Assembly: GCA_023231065.1 (NCBI GenBank)
Contig: JALNWE010000004.1
Coordinates: 5,167-69,166, forward strand
DNA length: 64,000 bases
Reading direction: 5' to 3'
Source of the DNA: Bacteroidales bacterium
GTDB lineage: Bacteria > Bacteroidota > Bacteroidia > Bacteroidales > FEN-979
The position numbers and the translations under genes were made by a program. This document shows positions 17,711 through 26,864 of the stretch, piece after piece (the first letter of the stretch is position 1; every line of letters begins with the position of its first letter). Below the pieces are notes generated by a model that worked only from the letters and a program-made list of their open reading frames with translations, did not search any database and was not told where the DNA came from.

Positions 17711-20141
17711 TTCCTGGTTTATATTTCAGGATCATTTTTTCCCTGTGTGCATGACTGTACAGGATTGCAACACGGTTGACGGAACGGGCCATTTTAACCG
17801 CAACACCGTTTATTGTTGCAGATCCGATCCTGTTCACATTTGCGCCTTCGAAGACGATCTCACCGGCGAGGTCGCGATCCCCATACAGGATGATTTCAAC
17901 CTGGCCCGCTTTACATTCCATGCCAAGAATATCCGAAGTAGTGTGCAGTATCTTCAATCCGGGACATACTTCCATACACAGGGGCGTTAATATGGCATAC
18001 AAGGCAGGCCATAACAGATCACCCTTTAAAAAGGGGATGGTGATGGTTTCGCCACTTTCGGGATGGGTGTACGACACGTTGCCTTTTTGCTCTTCGTTAT
18101 AATAATTTCCCACGAAAAGCAAACCCTCCTGGTTAACCGTGAAGCGTTCCCTTACGACGATAAAATCATTGTTGGACGATGCCTGCCTGAGTTTTGCCCC
18201 TGATCGCTTCAATATCGTCTCATAGACCGGTTTGTCAGCTTCGGTGTCGAATCCGATCCATGTCCCCAGATGGATCACGGTTCCGTTTCCAAGGGCTTTT
18301 AAGAATCCACAGGCTGTCCCGTTCAGCGTCCTGGCGATAATTTCTGCGCCGGAAAGGGAACCTTCAGGATAAATGATCAGGGGATTGGAACATTTGATGT
18401 CTTTCAGGTCAAATACATCGACCAAAGGCGAATCTATAATCTCTCTTCCGGAAGGCGCAATTGGCAAACTATCGCGAAGAATTGTGCAAGGTTTTTGAGA
18501 CATCTCCCGATCAGGCAGGTATGGAAAAACGACCAATTGACCGCCTGCCCTTGTATAATCCACGAGGGTTTGCTGATCCACCGCGTTCATTTCGTCTGTG
18601 CTGAATGCCCATACTTGTTTGTAGCGCAGCAGGGTTTCGGCAGATGCTTTGGTCAGATCAATCATATTATAATCTATATTCATGACCTGAAGGGCTTTCA
18701 GCAATCCATCGAAATATGCCGGCCGGCGAATGGCAGAGGGGGTGAACAGGAGTTCACATTCAGCGCCAACCGGTCTTTCAAGTTCTGTAGCGTAATAAGG
18801 AGGATAAAACAGCACACCTACTTCTGCTTTACGTTTCGCGTTGACGATAAGGCTTTCGGAGGTTCTGATGATGTTGCTCATCCGTTCTACCAAAGGGTAT
18901 AAACTGGTGTGCCTACCTTCGGCGGTGAGTGGGCTGAACCAGTAAAAAGTTTCTCCCGAATAGCCTTTATGTTTTGGGTTACGGCCCTGAGAGAACATAT
19001 AATAATTCCAGCCCGACAGGCCATTGGCGATGCTTGCTTTATAGAAAAGTTCCATTTCCCGTGGATTGGTCACGACATTATATTCACGGGAGCCGCTCTG
19101 GAACTCGGCTGCAAACATTGGTTTATTTCCCTGCATGGCATGGGTTACATCATTGATGATACGGTCGTCGTGCAAATTGCGGTATGAAAAGAATTCGGGG
19201 ATATGGTCCACACCAAAAATGATCCCGCTTTTATCCCCGAAAAGCTCATCGTACATCGTGATATTGACCGGGAATTCATACCCATTCCCATAGATCCATC
19301 CGGGGAGGTTGTGATATAAAGGAACGCCGACTCCCCTATCCCTGGCCATTTCGACCAGCATTTTCAGGTAATCCGCATAATACCTTCTCCAGAAACAGTG
19401 CCATTCGTAATCACGGCCCCGATCGCCTTTTGACGCGTAAGGAAGCTTCCCGTCCGGTGGAAGGCCTATCTGCCCAAAATCATGATATTCAGTTCCCCAT
19501 AATGTGTTTACCTGATCAACCGAAGAAAATTTATCGGAAAGGTATGAGAGGAAGCGATCCTTTACGGCATTCCCGAAGTCTGCCTGTTTGGCTAACCATG
19601 AAAAAACGCCTATTTCGTTACAGATCTGCATCATGATGATGGCCCCCCCTTTTGAGATCTCCCTTTCATGGATGAAAGGCATGATCTGATCGTACCAGAG
19701 CGTCACTTTTTCCAGGTAGTTCGTGTTGAACAGGCTCACTCCGTCGCTTTGGACGATTTCCCCTTTACGGTTACGCATCTTGACCTCATCCCGATATCGG
19801 GCCATGAACCAATCGGGCAATCCGGCCCCGCGGTACTCTGCCAGGATAAATGGTCCCGGTTTAACGATGCAATTCAAGCCATGGGCCTGACATCGCCGGA
19901 GCCATCCTTTCACGTCGCATTCCGGGCAAGAGGATCCGTCCAGGTCAAAGACAGACTCCTGTTGCTCGTGCCATGCCCATGGGATATAAGTACTGACGGT
20001 GGTCAACCCGGCATCTCTTGCAGCAGTCAGGTGCTTGTCCCACAGATCGCGTTTGATCCTGAAATAGTGGATCTCTCCTGAATTGAGAAATACCTTTTTT
20101 TCGTTCAGATAAAAACTGTCTTCTTTAATGCTAAATGTCAT
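17700..20141 (-). CDS. Cytoplasmic GH35-like (beta-galactosidase fold) enzyme with GH42-type trimerisation domain
   Basis: SGEIHYFR, TYIPWAWHE, KPGPFILAEYRGAGLPDW, QICNEIG (acid/base), AAEFQSG (nucleophile), YYMFSQG; no signal peptide. The stop overlaps the GH94 start by 11 bp. Confidence 0.8.
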   Translation of the reverse strand: MTFSIKEDSFYLNEKKVFLNSGEIHYFRIKRDLWDKHLTAARDAGLTTVSTYIPWAWHEQQESVFDLDGSSCPECDVKGWLRRCQAHGLNCIVKPGPFILAEYRGAGLPDWFMARYRDEVKMRNRKGEIVQSDGVSLFNTNYLEKVTLWYDQIMPFIHEREISKGGAIIMMQICNEIGVFSWLAKQADFGNAVKDRFLSYLSDKFSSVDQVNTLWGTEYHDFGQIGLPPDGKLPYASKGDRGRDYEWHCFWRRYYADYLKMLVEMARDRGVGVPLYHNLPGWIYGNGYEFPVNITMYDELFGDKSGIIFGVDHIPEFFSYRNLHDDRIINDVTHAMQGNKPMFAAEFQSGSREYNVVTNPREMELFYKASIANGLSGWNYYMFSQGRNPKHKGYSGETFYWFSPLTAEGRHTSLYPLVERMSNIIRTSESLIVNAKRKAEVGVLFYPPYYATELERPVGAECELLFTPSAIRRPAYFDGLLKALQVMNIDYNMIDLTKASAETLLRYKQVWAFSTDEMNAVDQQTLVDYTRAGGQLVVFPYLPDREMSQKPCTILRDSLPIAPSGREIIDSPLVDVFDLKDIKCSNPLIIYPEGSLSGAEIIARTLNGTACGFLKALGNGTVIHLGTWIGFDTEADKPVYETILKRSGAKLRQASSNNDFIVVRERFTVNQEGLLFVGNYYNEEQKGNVSYTHPESGETITIPFLKGDLLWPALYAILTPLCMEVCPGLKILHTTSDILGMECKAGQVEIILYGDRDLAGEIVFEGANVNRIGSATINGVAVKMARSVNRVAILYSHAHREKMILKYKPGNEN

Positions 20142-20159
20142 CCCGCTGGTTTTTCATGG

Positions 20160-22244
20160 CTACAATTGCTGGTCCCCCGACAGGTTGGTTTGATTAGAAC
20201 GTTCTGCATTCCTTTGCTTGAGGAGCTCTTTAATTTCACGGGAACGTTTTTCTGTCAGGGTATAACGGAGAATGAAGAAAATAGAAAAAATGCTTAATAA
20301 GAGTGGCAGGCCGATCTCAACAACGCGCATCATTAAAAGCGTATAAGGAGTCTGTTTGGTAAGTGGGACGATTTCGTTTTCAATGGCGCCCAGCTCTTTA
20401 TCAAGTATGGTCATGGGCGAGCTGGCGTCCATAACAACCAGCCGGTTGTCAACGAATGAGATATCCTGCAGGAGCCCTTGATAATGAGTTTTGCTGTTTT
20501 TGGTTTCTAGGGATTTTGATTTCAGGTGCGACATCAGTTCAAATGTAACTATTTTTGCCTTTTCAAATTTGGCGCGAAGCGTTAAGGGAATTACATTCCG
20601 TATCAAAGAATCGGTCCGGACGGGCCCGGCCTGGATTGTTTTTCCCAGATGCAACTTAGCCTGTTCCAACAGGATCACCGTGGACTTAGTGGATGTCAGC
20701 GCGTTGAGTAGCATATTTTTGCGTTGGCCTTGATAGGCGGGAAGGTTCTGGTTGGTCTCTTCTTGTTTTTTTTGAATTTCCTTTTCCAGGTAAGCCTGAT
20801 ATTCTTTTGCTTCTTCGAGCGCTTCGGAACATTGTGCCCGGGTGTTCCCGATCCATTCCCTATTGGCGTTGGTCAGTCCTTTGTAACCTTCCCAATACTG
20901 GACCTTGCTGCGTATTGCCCGGATGCTTCCCTGCAAACCATCCACTTTTGTAACCTGGTTTTCGTCGAACATGGTCAACACGATGAGGATGCCGGCAACA
21001 AAACTAGCTAATGCGGTCCCCATCTTAATGAACCACCAGAAAATCGAATAAAAGCTACCTTCAGAGCGATAACCGGTCCTTAATTCTTCTTCATCACAGA
21101 TGTCGCCAACCATAGATGAGCCCAGCGTAAAGAAAAACAACATACCGGTTGAGAGCAGGACCGTTGGAATAATGATCAGGTATGGATAGTTTGGGTTGTA
21201 GCAGACAATCTTGGAGAGTTGTGCCAGGCACATAAGCAAAATAGCGACAGTAAGGGTATTCCGTTTACCGATTTTAGGGCTGATCCAGTTCAGGGGGAAA
21301 ACAGCAAGCAAACCGGTAATGGCCCAAACGGTCCCATTGATGCCCAACAAGGTGGCGCCTGCCACTTTATCACCGCCAAAAACATAAAAAATCGGGATGT
21401 ACGATCCTAAAAGCTGGACAAAGTTAAAACCCATGGCCAGGGTGAAGATAGTGAGCGTCAGCATAATAAAGTTCTTGTTCCTGATCGTGGCGTTCATATC
21501 TTTCCAGAAGGGGGTCTTTTCATGCTTAACAGCTTTGACGAACCCAGGCTCGCGTAATGTAAAAGTCCACCATAAAGTAAGCGGGACCAGGATAGCGGCA
21601 ATCAGTATGGATACATATCGCATCCCATCGGCTTCATTTCCTCCGGGGCCTTTGAATACTTCCATGCTGGCTAACGCGAAAAGCCAGGGTGTGCTCATAG
21701 CGAAGAGATTGCCAATAAAACTCTTGGCGCTGAAGAGACGGGTACGTTCATGATAATCCGTGGTCATCTCCATACCCAGGGCGCCATGAGGAATTTCAAA
21801 AATATTGACGGAAGTGAAAAAAAGCAAAAGGGCAAAAAGAATATAACAAAGCTGAAATGCATGGAATCCCGATTCTGTCGGGAACCAGGTACGCACCATA
21901 TCCCCTTTGGGGATCCACCACATGACAACGAAAAACACGGCTACGAGCAGTCCTCCAATCAGGAGGAAAGGGCGACGGCGTCCCCACCGGGTCCGGGTAT
22001 TATCTGAGAGATGGCCGATAATCGGATCAGAGAGCGCATCCCATAAACGCGGGATGATCAAAATGAACCCGAGCCAGAAAGCGCTGAGCCCCAGACTTAT
22101 ATTTCCCATCAACCCAACGAGTATCCCGGCTATGTTGAAAAGGGCAATGGGAATGATGCCCCCGGCGCCATAAGCTGCCAATTGTGAAAAGGGAATGTGA
22201 TCTTCAGGTTTGGTAGTGTGTTCCTGTTTTTTTTCTTCTTTCAT
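20160..22244 (-). CDS. GPH-family (MelB-like) MFS sugar symporter with a ~200-aa soluble insertion
   Basis: PRLWDALSDPIIGHLSDNTRTRWGRRRPF, EMTTDYHERT, MVGDICDEEELRTGYRSEG, WFIKMG; hydrophilic helical segment at about aa 428-630 before the last TM. Confidence 0.88.
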   Translation of the reverse strand: MKEEKKQEHTTKPEDHIPFSQLAAYGAGGIIPIALFNIAGILVGLMGNISLGLSAFWLGFILIIPRLWDALSDPIIGHLSDNTRTRWGRRRPFLLIGGLLVAVFFVVMWWIPKGDMVRTWFPTESGFHAFQLCYILFALLLFFTSVNIFEIPHGALGMEMTTDYHERTRLFSAKSFIGNLFAMSTPWLFALASMEVFKGPGGNEADGMRYVSILIAAILVPLTLWWTFTLREPGFVKAVKHEKTPFWKDMNATIRNKNFIMLTLTIFTLAMGFNFVQLLGSYIPIFYVFGGDKVAGATLLGINGTVWAITGLLAVFPLNWISPKIGKRNTLTVAILLMCLAQLSKIVCYNPNYPYLIIIPTVLLSTGMLFFFTLGSSMVGDICDEEELRTGYRSEGSFYSIFWWFIKMGTALASFVAGILIVLTMFDENQVTKVDGLQGSIRAIRSKVQYWEGYKGLTNANREWIGNTRAQCSEALEEAKEYQAYLEKEIQKKQEETNQNLPAYQGQRKNMLLNALTSTKSTVILLEQAKLHLGKTIQAGPVRTDSLIRNVIPLTLRAKFEKAKIVTFELMSHLKSKSLETKNSKTHYQGLLQDISFVDNRLVVMDASSPMTILDKELGAIENEIVPLTKQTPYTLLMMRVVEIGLPLLLSIFSIFFILRYTLTEKRSREIKELLKQRNAERSNQTNLSGDQQL

Positions 22245-22299
22245 ATAGTTATCTGTCGTTTTTTTCGTTGATGAGTTGTCGGGCGGCGCTGAAATCCTG

Positions 22300-25200
22300 T
22301 CAATAGTAAATTATTATTTCGGCGGGACAGGTGTTGACTGATATTTCCTTTTCTGTGAAATCCTTTCTCTCTTCCCCGTTAACGGTTACTTTTGAAGGCA
22401 GTTTTGACCCGTTGAAATTTTTTATTTTAATGCCGTTAGCAGGAAGTTGCAGGTTTCCGGAAATCGAAAAGAGATATTTTTCCTGGTCTTTTTTTATGGC
22501 ATAGGAGATCTCTCCGTAATAGGTTGGCAAATTTCCAACGGACATTCCGGTGGGTGAATCAATCCAATCCTGGTACAGCGCTGAAGCAATAACAAGCGAT
22601 TGATCCTGTTCATTTTCATAAACGAACAGGGCCCTGATCGCATTGATAAAATCGCTGCCAACCCAGGTATGGGGCATATCTCCGATATAACGCGGAGTGC
22701 GGTAATCCTTCCAGACAACTTCGGCCCAATGGTTCCACCCCTGCGGGCGCTGATCATGCAGGAAAAAATCAATCAGTTCATGGGCCCTTTCCGGTTGATC
22801 CAGCATGATAAATGAACCAATCAGCCGGTTTTCGTAAGGTGTATAATTCACCCAGTCAATTTTCCCGTCCCTCCTGTTTTTGAAAAAGTCATAATATTTG
22901 TCAAAAGTATTGTAAACCTGTGGTTTTGGTAAATTATTCAATTCATTACAGGGTGTTAAGGCGACCGTTGTGGAGGTGGCATCGAAATCACCCAGTTCAA
23001 CACAACCGGGTATGTAATCAATATCCCTGTTTTTCATGGCGAGTTGAAGGGAAGCATATAGGTTTTCCCTGAAGGTATCCCTGACTTTTTTAATCCTCTC
23101 ATACGCTTCCTGTTCGCCTAAAATTTCCTGGATCTCAGCCGCGTCTTTCAAACCCTTCATGGTGAAAAAATCATCCCAGTACGAGTGCATGGGTTTTGCC
23201 GAATACCCTTCATGACTGATGGATTCAGTGACCAATCCATAATAGGCGCGCATGCTGTCGTTCCCGTTTTTAAAACGGTCAGACGATCTTTGGGCGATCA
23301 GCGATTCGATGTATTCAACTGCTTTGAGGACATTTTTATTTTTTGACCGGAGAAAAGCAGTGTCCTTGGTGAAGTTGAAATATTCCTTTACCAGGTAGAT
23401 CATTTCCCCGTGGCTGTCGTTCTCGGGAACCGGGTCAGGGCCCCTGAAATCGACCACGCAGGGAACTTTCCCGTTTTCAAACTGGTGATCGGTAAACCAG
23501 TCAATAAATTCCTTTACTTCTTTGACGATCCCGGATTTCAACAAGGCAGACGAAGTTAACGCCCCGTCGCGGATCCAGCTCCGTTCATAAGACCGGGAAC
23601 CGGGTTGTATGCCGGATTTATCCCTGTTGACCAGGATGTAAACGAGATTGGATTTATAGGTATCGACTATTTTGTTTGCAGATTCTGGTAAATTAAACCG
23701 GATATGCCCGACTTTCTGTCTCCAGAACTCCGTCGATTTATTGCATTGCTCCTGAATAAAATTATAACTAAGATTGCCATTCTTGTCGTCTTTACCATAA
23801 AACGGGACTACTACAAAGAATTCAGTTTGTTCACCCGGGTTTAAGTGTAACGAATATTTAATTATTCCGTTTGCTAACCCGCTTTGATCAACAACGGATT
23901 TATTCTGAGGGAGACATCCTTTACGGAGCAAATCAACAATATTGCCTTCCTCAAACATGCTTGCTCCGAATGCATCATATTTTTTTTGAGAAAGGATGAC
24001 TTTATCATCATCGACCAGGATCCTGCCATCCCCTTCCCTGATTGAATTTATCTTCCCTGCGCCACCAGTCAGGTTTAGAAACTGGTAGTATGGATTCACC
24101 TGAAAGGGACGGACCAGCAAATAAAATTCAAAATCTTTTGGTTCGCCTGAAAGATTGTTAAATGAATAACGGATATTAAGGACCGAATTTTTATTAGCCT
24201 CACCGGAAGCTATAATTCCGGTTGTGAATTTCAGATCCTTGCAACGCCAGGCAACAGAAGGTATAAAAGTAAATTCCTTTGGATTTTTTGAATCCATCAA
24301 TTGAGAGGACCTGACATTGCTCCAGTTATACAGTGAATCCTTGATTTTTATCATTGGTTCGATCGAAAACCGCGCTTTATCCACTTCCACCATCCCATCT
24401 TCATTGATCAGCGCTTCCCTAACATCATTGTTAACACCGGTTATCGTCCAATAGGAAGCCTGTCCCAGGAAATATCTTGGATAATTTCCTACCGGGGAAT
24501 TTTTAGCCGCGTAAATCAGGAAATCATTCTGTGTTAAGGAATTTTCAATATCCGGAAATTTCACTTCACAAATGCCAAACCCCTTACCGGAGCTGCTTTT
24601 AATAAAGTTCAGCTTGACGAATTCCGCTTCGGCTTCGGGGAGCCTGATAAAACTGACCTCATTCCCGTTGGATTGAATGGAGCAGGGTTTTTCCCATTTT
24701 TTACCGTCTTCTGATATAAGAACATCAAAATCTTTTGCGGCATGGTCTTTCAGCCAGCCGATCTGTACGCCGCCAAATTCCCTTTTGGCCTTAAAGTCAA
24801 TAATAATTTCCTGATTGTCAGTACCATCGCTTTGCCAGGATGTTCCATCTAAACCATCCATGATAAAGTCAGGCGAATGGCCCTTGATATAGGAGGATGC
24901 TTTAACAGATGGCGATGGATAGGATTTTGTTTCAGGAGGAAGTTTTTCAAATTTCAGGTCATCAATCCAGATCGTTCCTTTGCCCCCAACAAAGGAGGCA
25001 ATGGTAAATTCGATCCGGTCAACTCTTTTGAAGCTTTGATCAGTTGTTGGTCCCCATGCAAAGTGGATATGTCTTTTTTTAATCCGGATCTTTTTCCATT
25101 CGCGGGGGAAGTCATAATTGCGGTTATTGACCCACCAGACATTGTTCCCGGCGCTGTCAATGAATTTTATTTCAAAATTGTTCGCGGGGGAATCAGCCTT

Positions 25201-26805
25201 CAAGTAAAAGGTGAATTCATAATTATCCGGAAGATCGATGGGGAAAAGCTTCTGTATCCCTCCGTAACCGATTCCTTTTGTGAAATCATAATCGAGCCGG
25301 ATAGCATTGCCGTATAATCCTTTTTCATTGGTAAGTTTCAGGTTAACCCCGTCGGACTGGATGAAGGCCCAGCCATTTTTGTTCCCGAATTCATCCAGGG
25401 TCATAATCTGAGTGTGGGGCGCCGGGGAATATTCAAATCCGAGTTTGTTCAAACCATTCTGAATGACCGGATCCTTCATGACATAATTCCAAACAAGCCC
25501 TGTCCTGAAATTTTCCACCATGATTAGCAAAGGGCCCTGATCGATACCGATAAAATCGTCGTTGAACCACTTGGCTGTCGGATTGAAAGCGTCATAATAA
25601 CCATATTTGCCCCATAGTCTATTGCCATATTTTTTATTGATCGACTGTACCGTAGGCAACACGATTTCAGGAGCGAAGGGCAAAGATGCGAGCGAAGCGT
25701 AAGGAGCAATGGTCCCATCATCGAAATAGTTGAAATCAGGTCCGCTTGTTCCCCTGCCGGCATAGCCCAAAAATTTCTTATCTCCGAAATTATATTTATC
25801 CGTGGGCCCGTCACTTGCCGTAACGCCCCAGCAAAGCGAATCATAACCAACCCATCCCTTCGGGTTATCCATGGCATATTGCCGTTGGACATAAGTTGCG
25901 CGGCGTGAGTTTTCGAAGTAATCGATTCCCTTTTCCTTCATATATGCATCAGCGATTCCGCGAAAATCGATGAACGCCTGTGAAAACTGATGACCGAATA
26001 AAGGGGGAAAAGCCACGTGCGACAAACCTTTATAAGGGGTGTACCATTGATATGACTGTAACCATGACTGGTAGCTTTTTTCAATATTTTTCATCCCGCT
26101 CCCGGCAGCCAAAACATAAAGCAGTAAAGCTTCATTATAACCGCTCCATCCATAATCGTGCAACCCTTTTTCGGGAGTCCATCCCATGGAAATGGTAGAA
26201 GCGAATTTTCCCGAATCAGGCATTTCCATGAAGTCCCAGTCGATCCTACCCAGTAATTTTGCTGCCAGCGAACGGATCTGGTTTTCAACTTCATTGTCCT
26301 TGTTGTAATAATTCCTTGCAAAAATGATCCCCATCATGAGTATCCCCGTGTCGATGGATGACAGTTCGCAATTCCATTCCCTTGTCCCGGAATTCATCCG
26401 GAGGAAATGATAATAAAATCCCTTGTATCCTGTCGCGTTGTTATCAGCGCTTTGGACCGACTGGTCAAAGAATGTCAGAATCCTGAGCGTGATCGTTGCC
26501 GCCTGTTCACGGGTTATCCATTTCCTTTCAGCCCCGATGGCAAAGGATGGGATTCCAAAACCTGTGGATGCGATGCTGGCAGGAGCCCAGGTCGCAGTCC
26601 GGTCTTTTACAATTCCCCACACCGGATGATGTTCCTTTAAAAAGAAAAGAAAAGTCTTATGTTGAATAGAGTCGAGCATGGATTCCTCATCGTGGGTCAA
26701 TTTATAATCGACTTTTCCCTGGGATTTGAACACAATTTGCTGGCACCGGGCAGCGGTCAGGGTAAAAATAAAAGCCACAAACAATAAAATCTTACCGACC
26801 TTCAT
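22300..26805 (-). CDS. Multimodular protein: GH144-like endo-beta-1,2-glucanase + CIA30/CBM11-like + F5/8 (CBM32-like) + unassigned (alpha/alpha)6 hydrolase
   Basis: Signal peptide. N-terminal module: ASIASTGFG, KGFYYHF, ELSSIDTG, GYNEA, LFGHQFSQ, WGVTASDGP, GYYDAFNP, IDQGP. Middle: LDYDF...GYGG, DDLKF, then MDGLDGTSWQS...IDF. C-terminal: QPGSRSYERSWIRDG, ENDSHG, SISHEGY, HSYWDD, WAEVVW, GDMPHTW. Confidence 0.78.
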   Translation of the reverse strand: MKVGKILLFVAFIFTLTAARCQQIVFKSQGKVDYKLTHDEESMLDSIQHKTFLFFLKEHHPVWGIVKDRTATWAPASIASTGFGIPSFAIGAERKWITREQAATITLRILTFFDQSVQSADNNATGYKGFYYHFLRMNSGTREWNCELSSIDTGILMMGIIFARNYYNKDNEVENQIRSLAAKLLGRIDWDFMEMPDSGKFASTISMGWTPEKGLHDYGWSGYNEALLLYVLAAGSGMKNIEKSYQSWLQSYQWYTPYKGLSHVAFPPLFGHQFSQAFIDFRGIADAYMKEKGIDYFENSRRATYVQRQYAMDNPKGWVGYDSLCWGVTASDGPTDKYNFGDKKFLGYAGRGTSGPDFNYFDDGTIAPYASLASLPFAPEIVLPTVQSINKKYGNRLWGKYGYYDAFNPTAKWFNDDFIGIDQGPLLIMVENFRTGLVWNYVMKDPVIQNGLNKLGFEYSPAPHTQIMTLDEFGNKNGWAFIQSDGVNLKLTNEKGLYGNAIRLDYDFTKGIGYGGIQKLFPIDLPDNYEFTFYLKADSPANNFEIKFIDSAGNNVWWVNNRNYDFPREWKKIRIKKRHIHFAWGPTTDQSFKRVDRIEFTIASFVGGKGTIWIDDLKFEKLPPETKSYPSPSVKASSYIKGHSPDFIMDGLDGTSWQSDGTDNQEIIIDFKAKREFGGVQIGWLKDHAAKDFDVLISEDGKKWEKPCSIQSNGNEVSFIRLPEAEAEFVKLNFIKSSSGKGFGICEVKFPDIENSLTQNDFLIYAAKNSPVGNYPRYFLGQASYWTITGVNNDVREALINEDGMVEVDKARFSIEPMIKIKDSLYNWSNVRSSQLMDSKNPKEFTFIPSVAWRCKDLKFTTGIIASGEANKNSVLNIRYSFNNLSGEPKDFEFYLLVRPFQVNPYYQFLNLTGGAGKINSIREGDGRILVDDDKVILSQKKYDAFGASMFEEGNIVDLLRKGCLPQNKSVVDQSGLANGIIKYSLHLNPGEQTEFFVVVPFYGKDDKNGNLSYNFIQEQCNKSTEFWRQKVGHIRFNLPESANKIVDTYKSNLVYILVNRDKSGIQPGSRSYERSWIRDGALTSSALLKSGIVKEVKEFIDWFTDHQFENGKVPCVVDFRGPDPVPENDSHGEMIYLVKEYFNFTKDTAFLRSKNKNVLKAVEYIESLIAQRSSDRFKNGNDSMRAYYGLVTESISHEGYSAKPMHSYWDDFFTMKGLKDAAEIQEILGEQEAYERIKKVRDTFRENLYASLQLAMKNRDIDYIPGCVELGDFDATSTTVALTPCNELNNLPKPQVYNTFDKYYDFFKNRRDGKIDWVNYTPYENRLIGSFIMLDQPERAHELIDFFLHDQRPQGWNHWAEVVWKDYRTPRYIGDMPHTWVGSDFINAIRALFVYENEQDQSLVIASALYQDWIDSPTGMSVGNLPTYYGEISYAIKKDQEKYLFSISGNLQLPANGIKIKNFNGSKLPSKVTVNGEERKDFTEKEISVNTCPAEIIIYY

Positions 26806-26864
26806 ATAAATGTCCTTTAAAAGTTTAATTCCCGATCATTTTACCCTGGACCATCAGAATCACT

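Noticed and set aside
22300-26805. Cyclic beta-1,2-glucan synthase (Cgs) or other glucan biosynthesis role
   Set aside because: No GT84 or multi-TM region, and no MFEY-type transglycosylase nucleophile; the locus carries SusC/D uptake genes.
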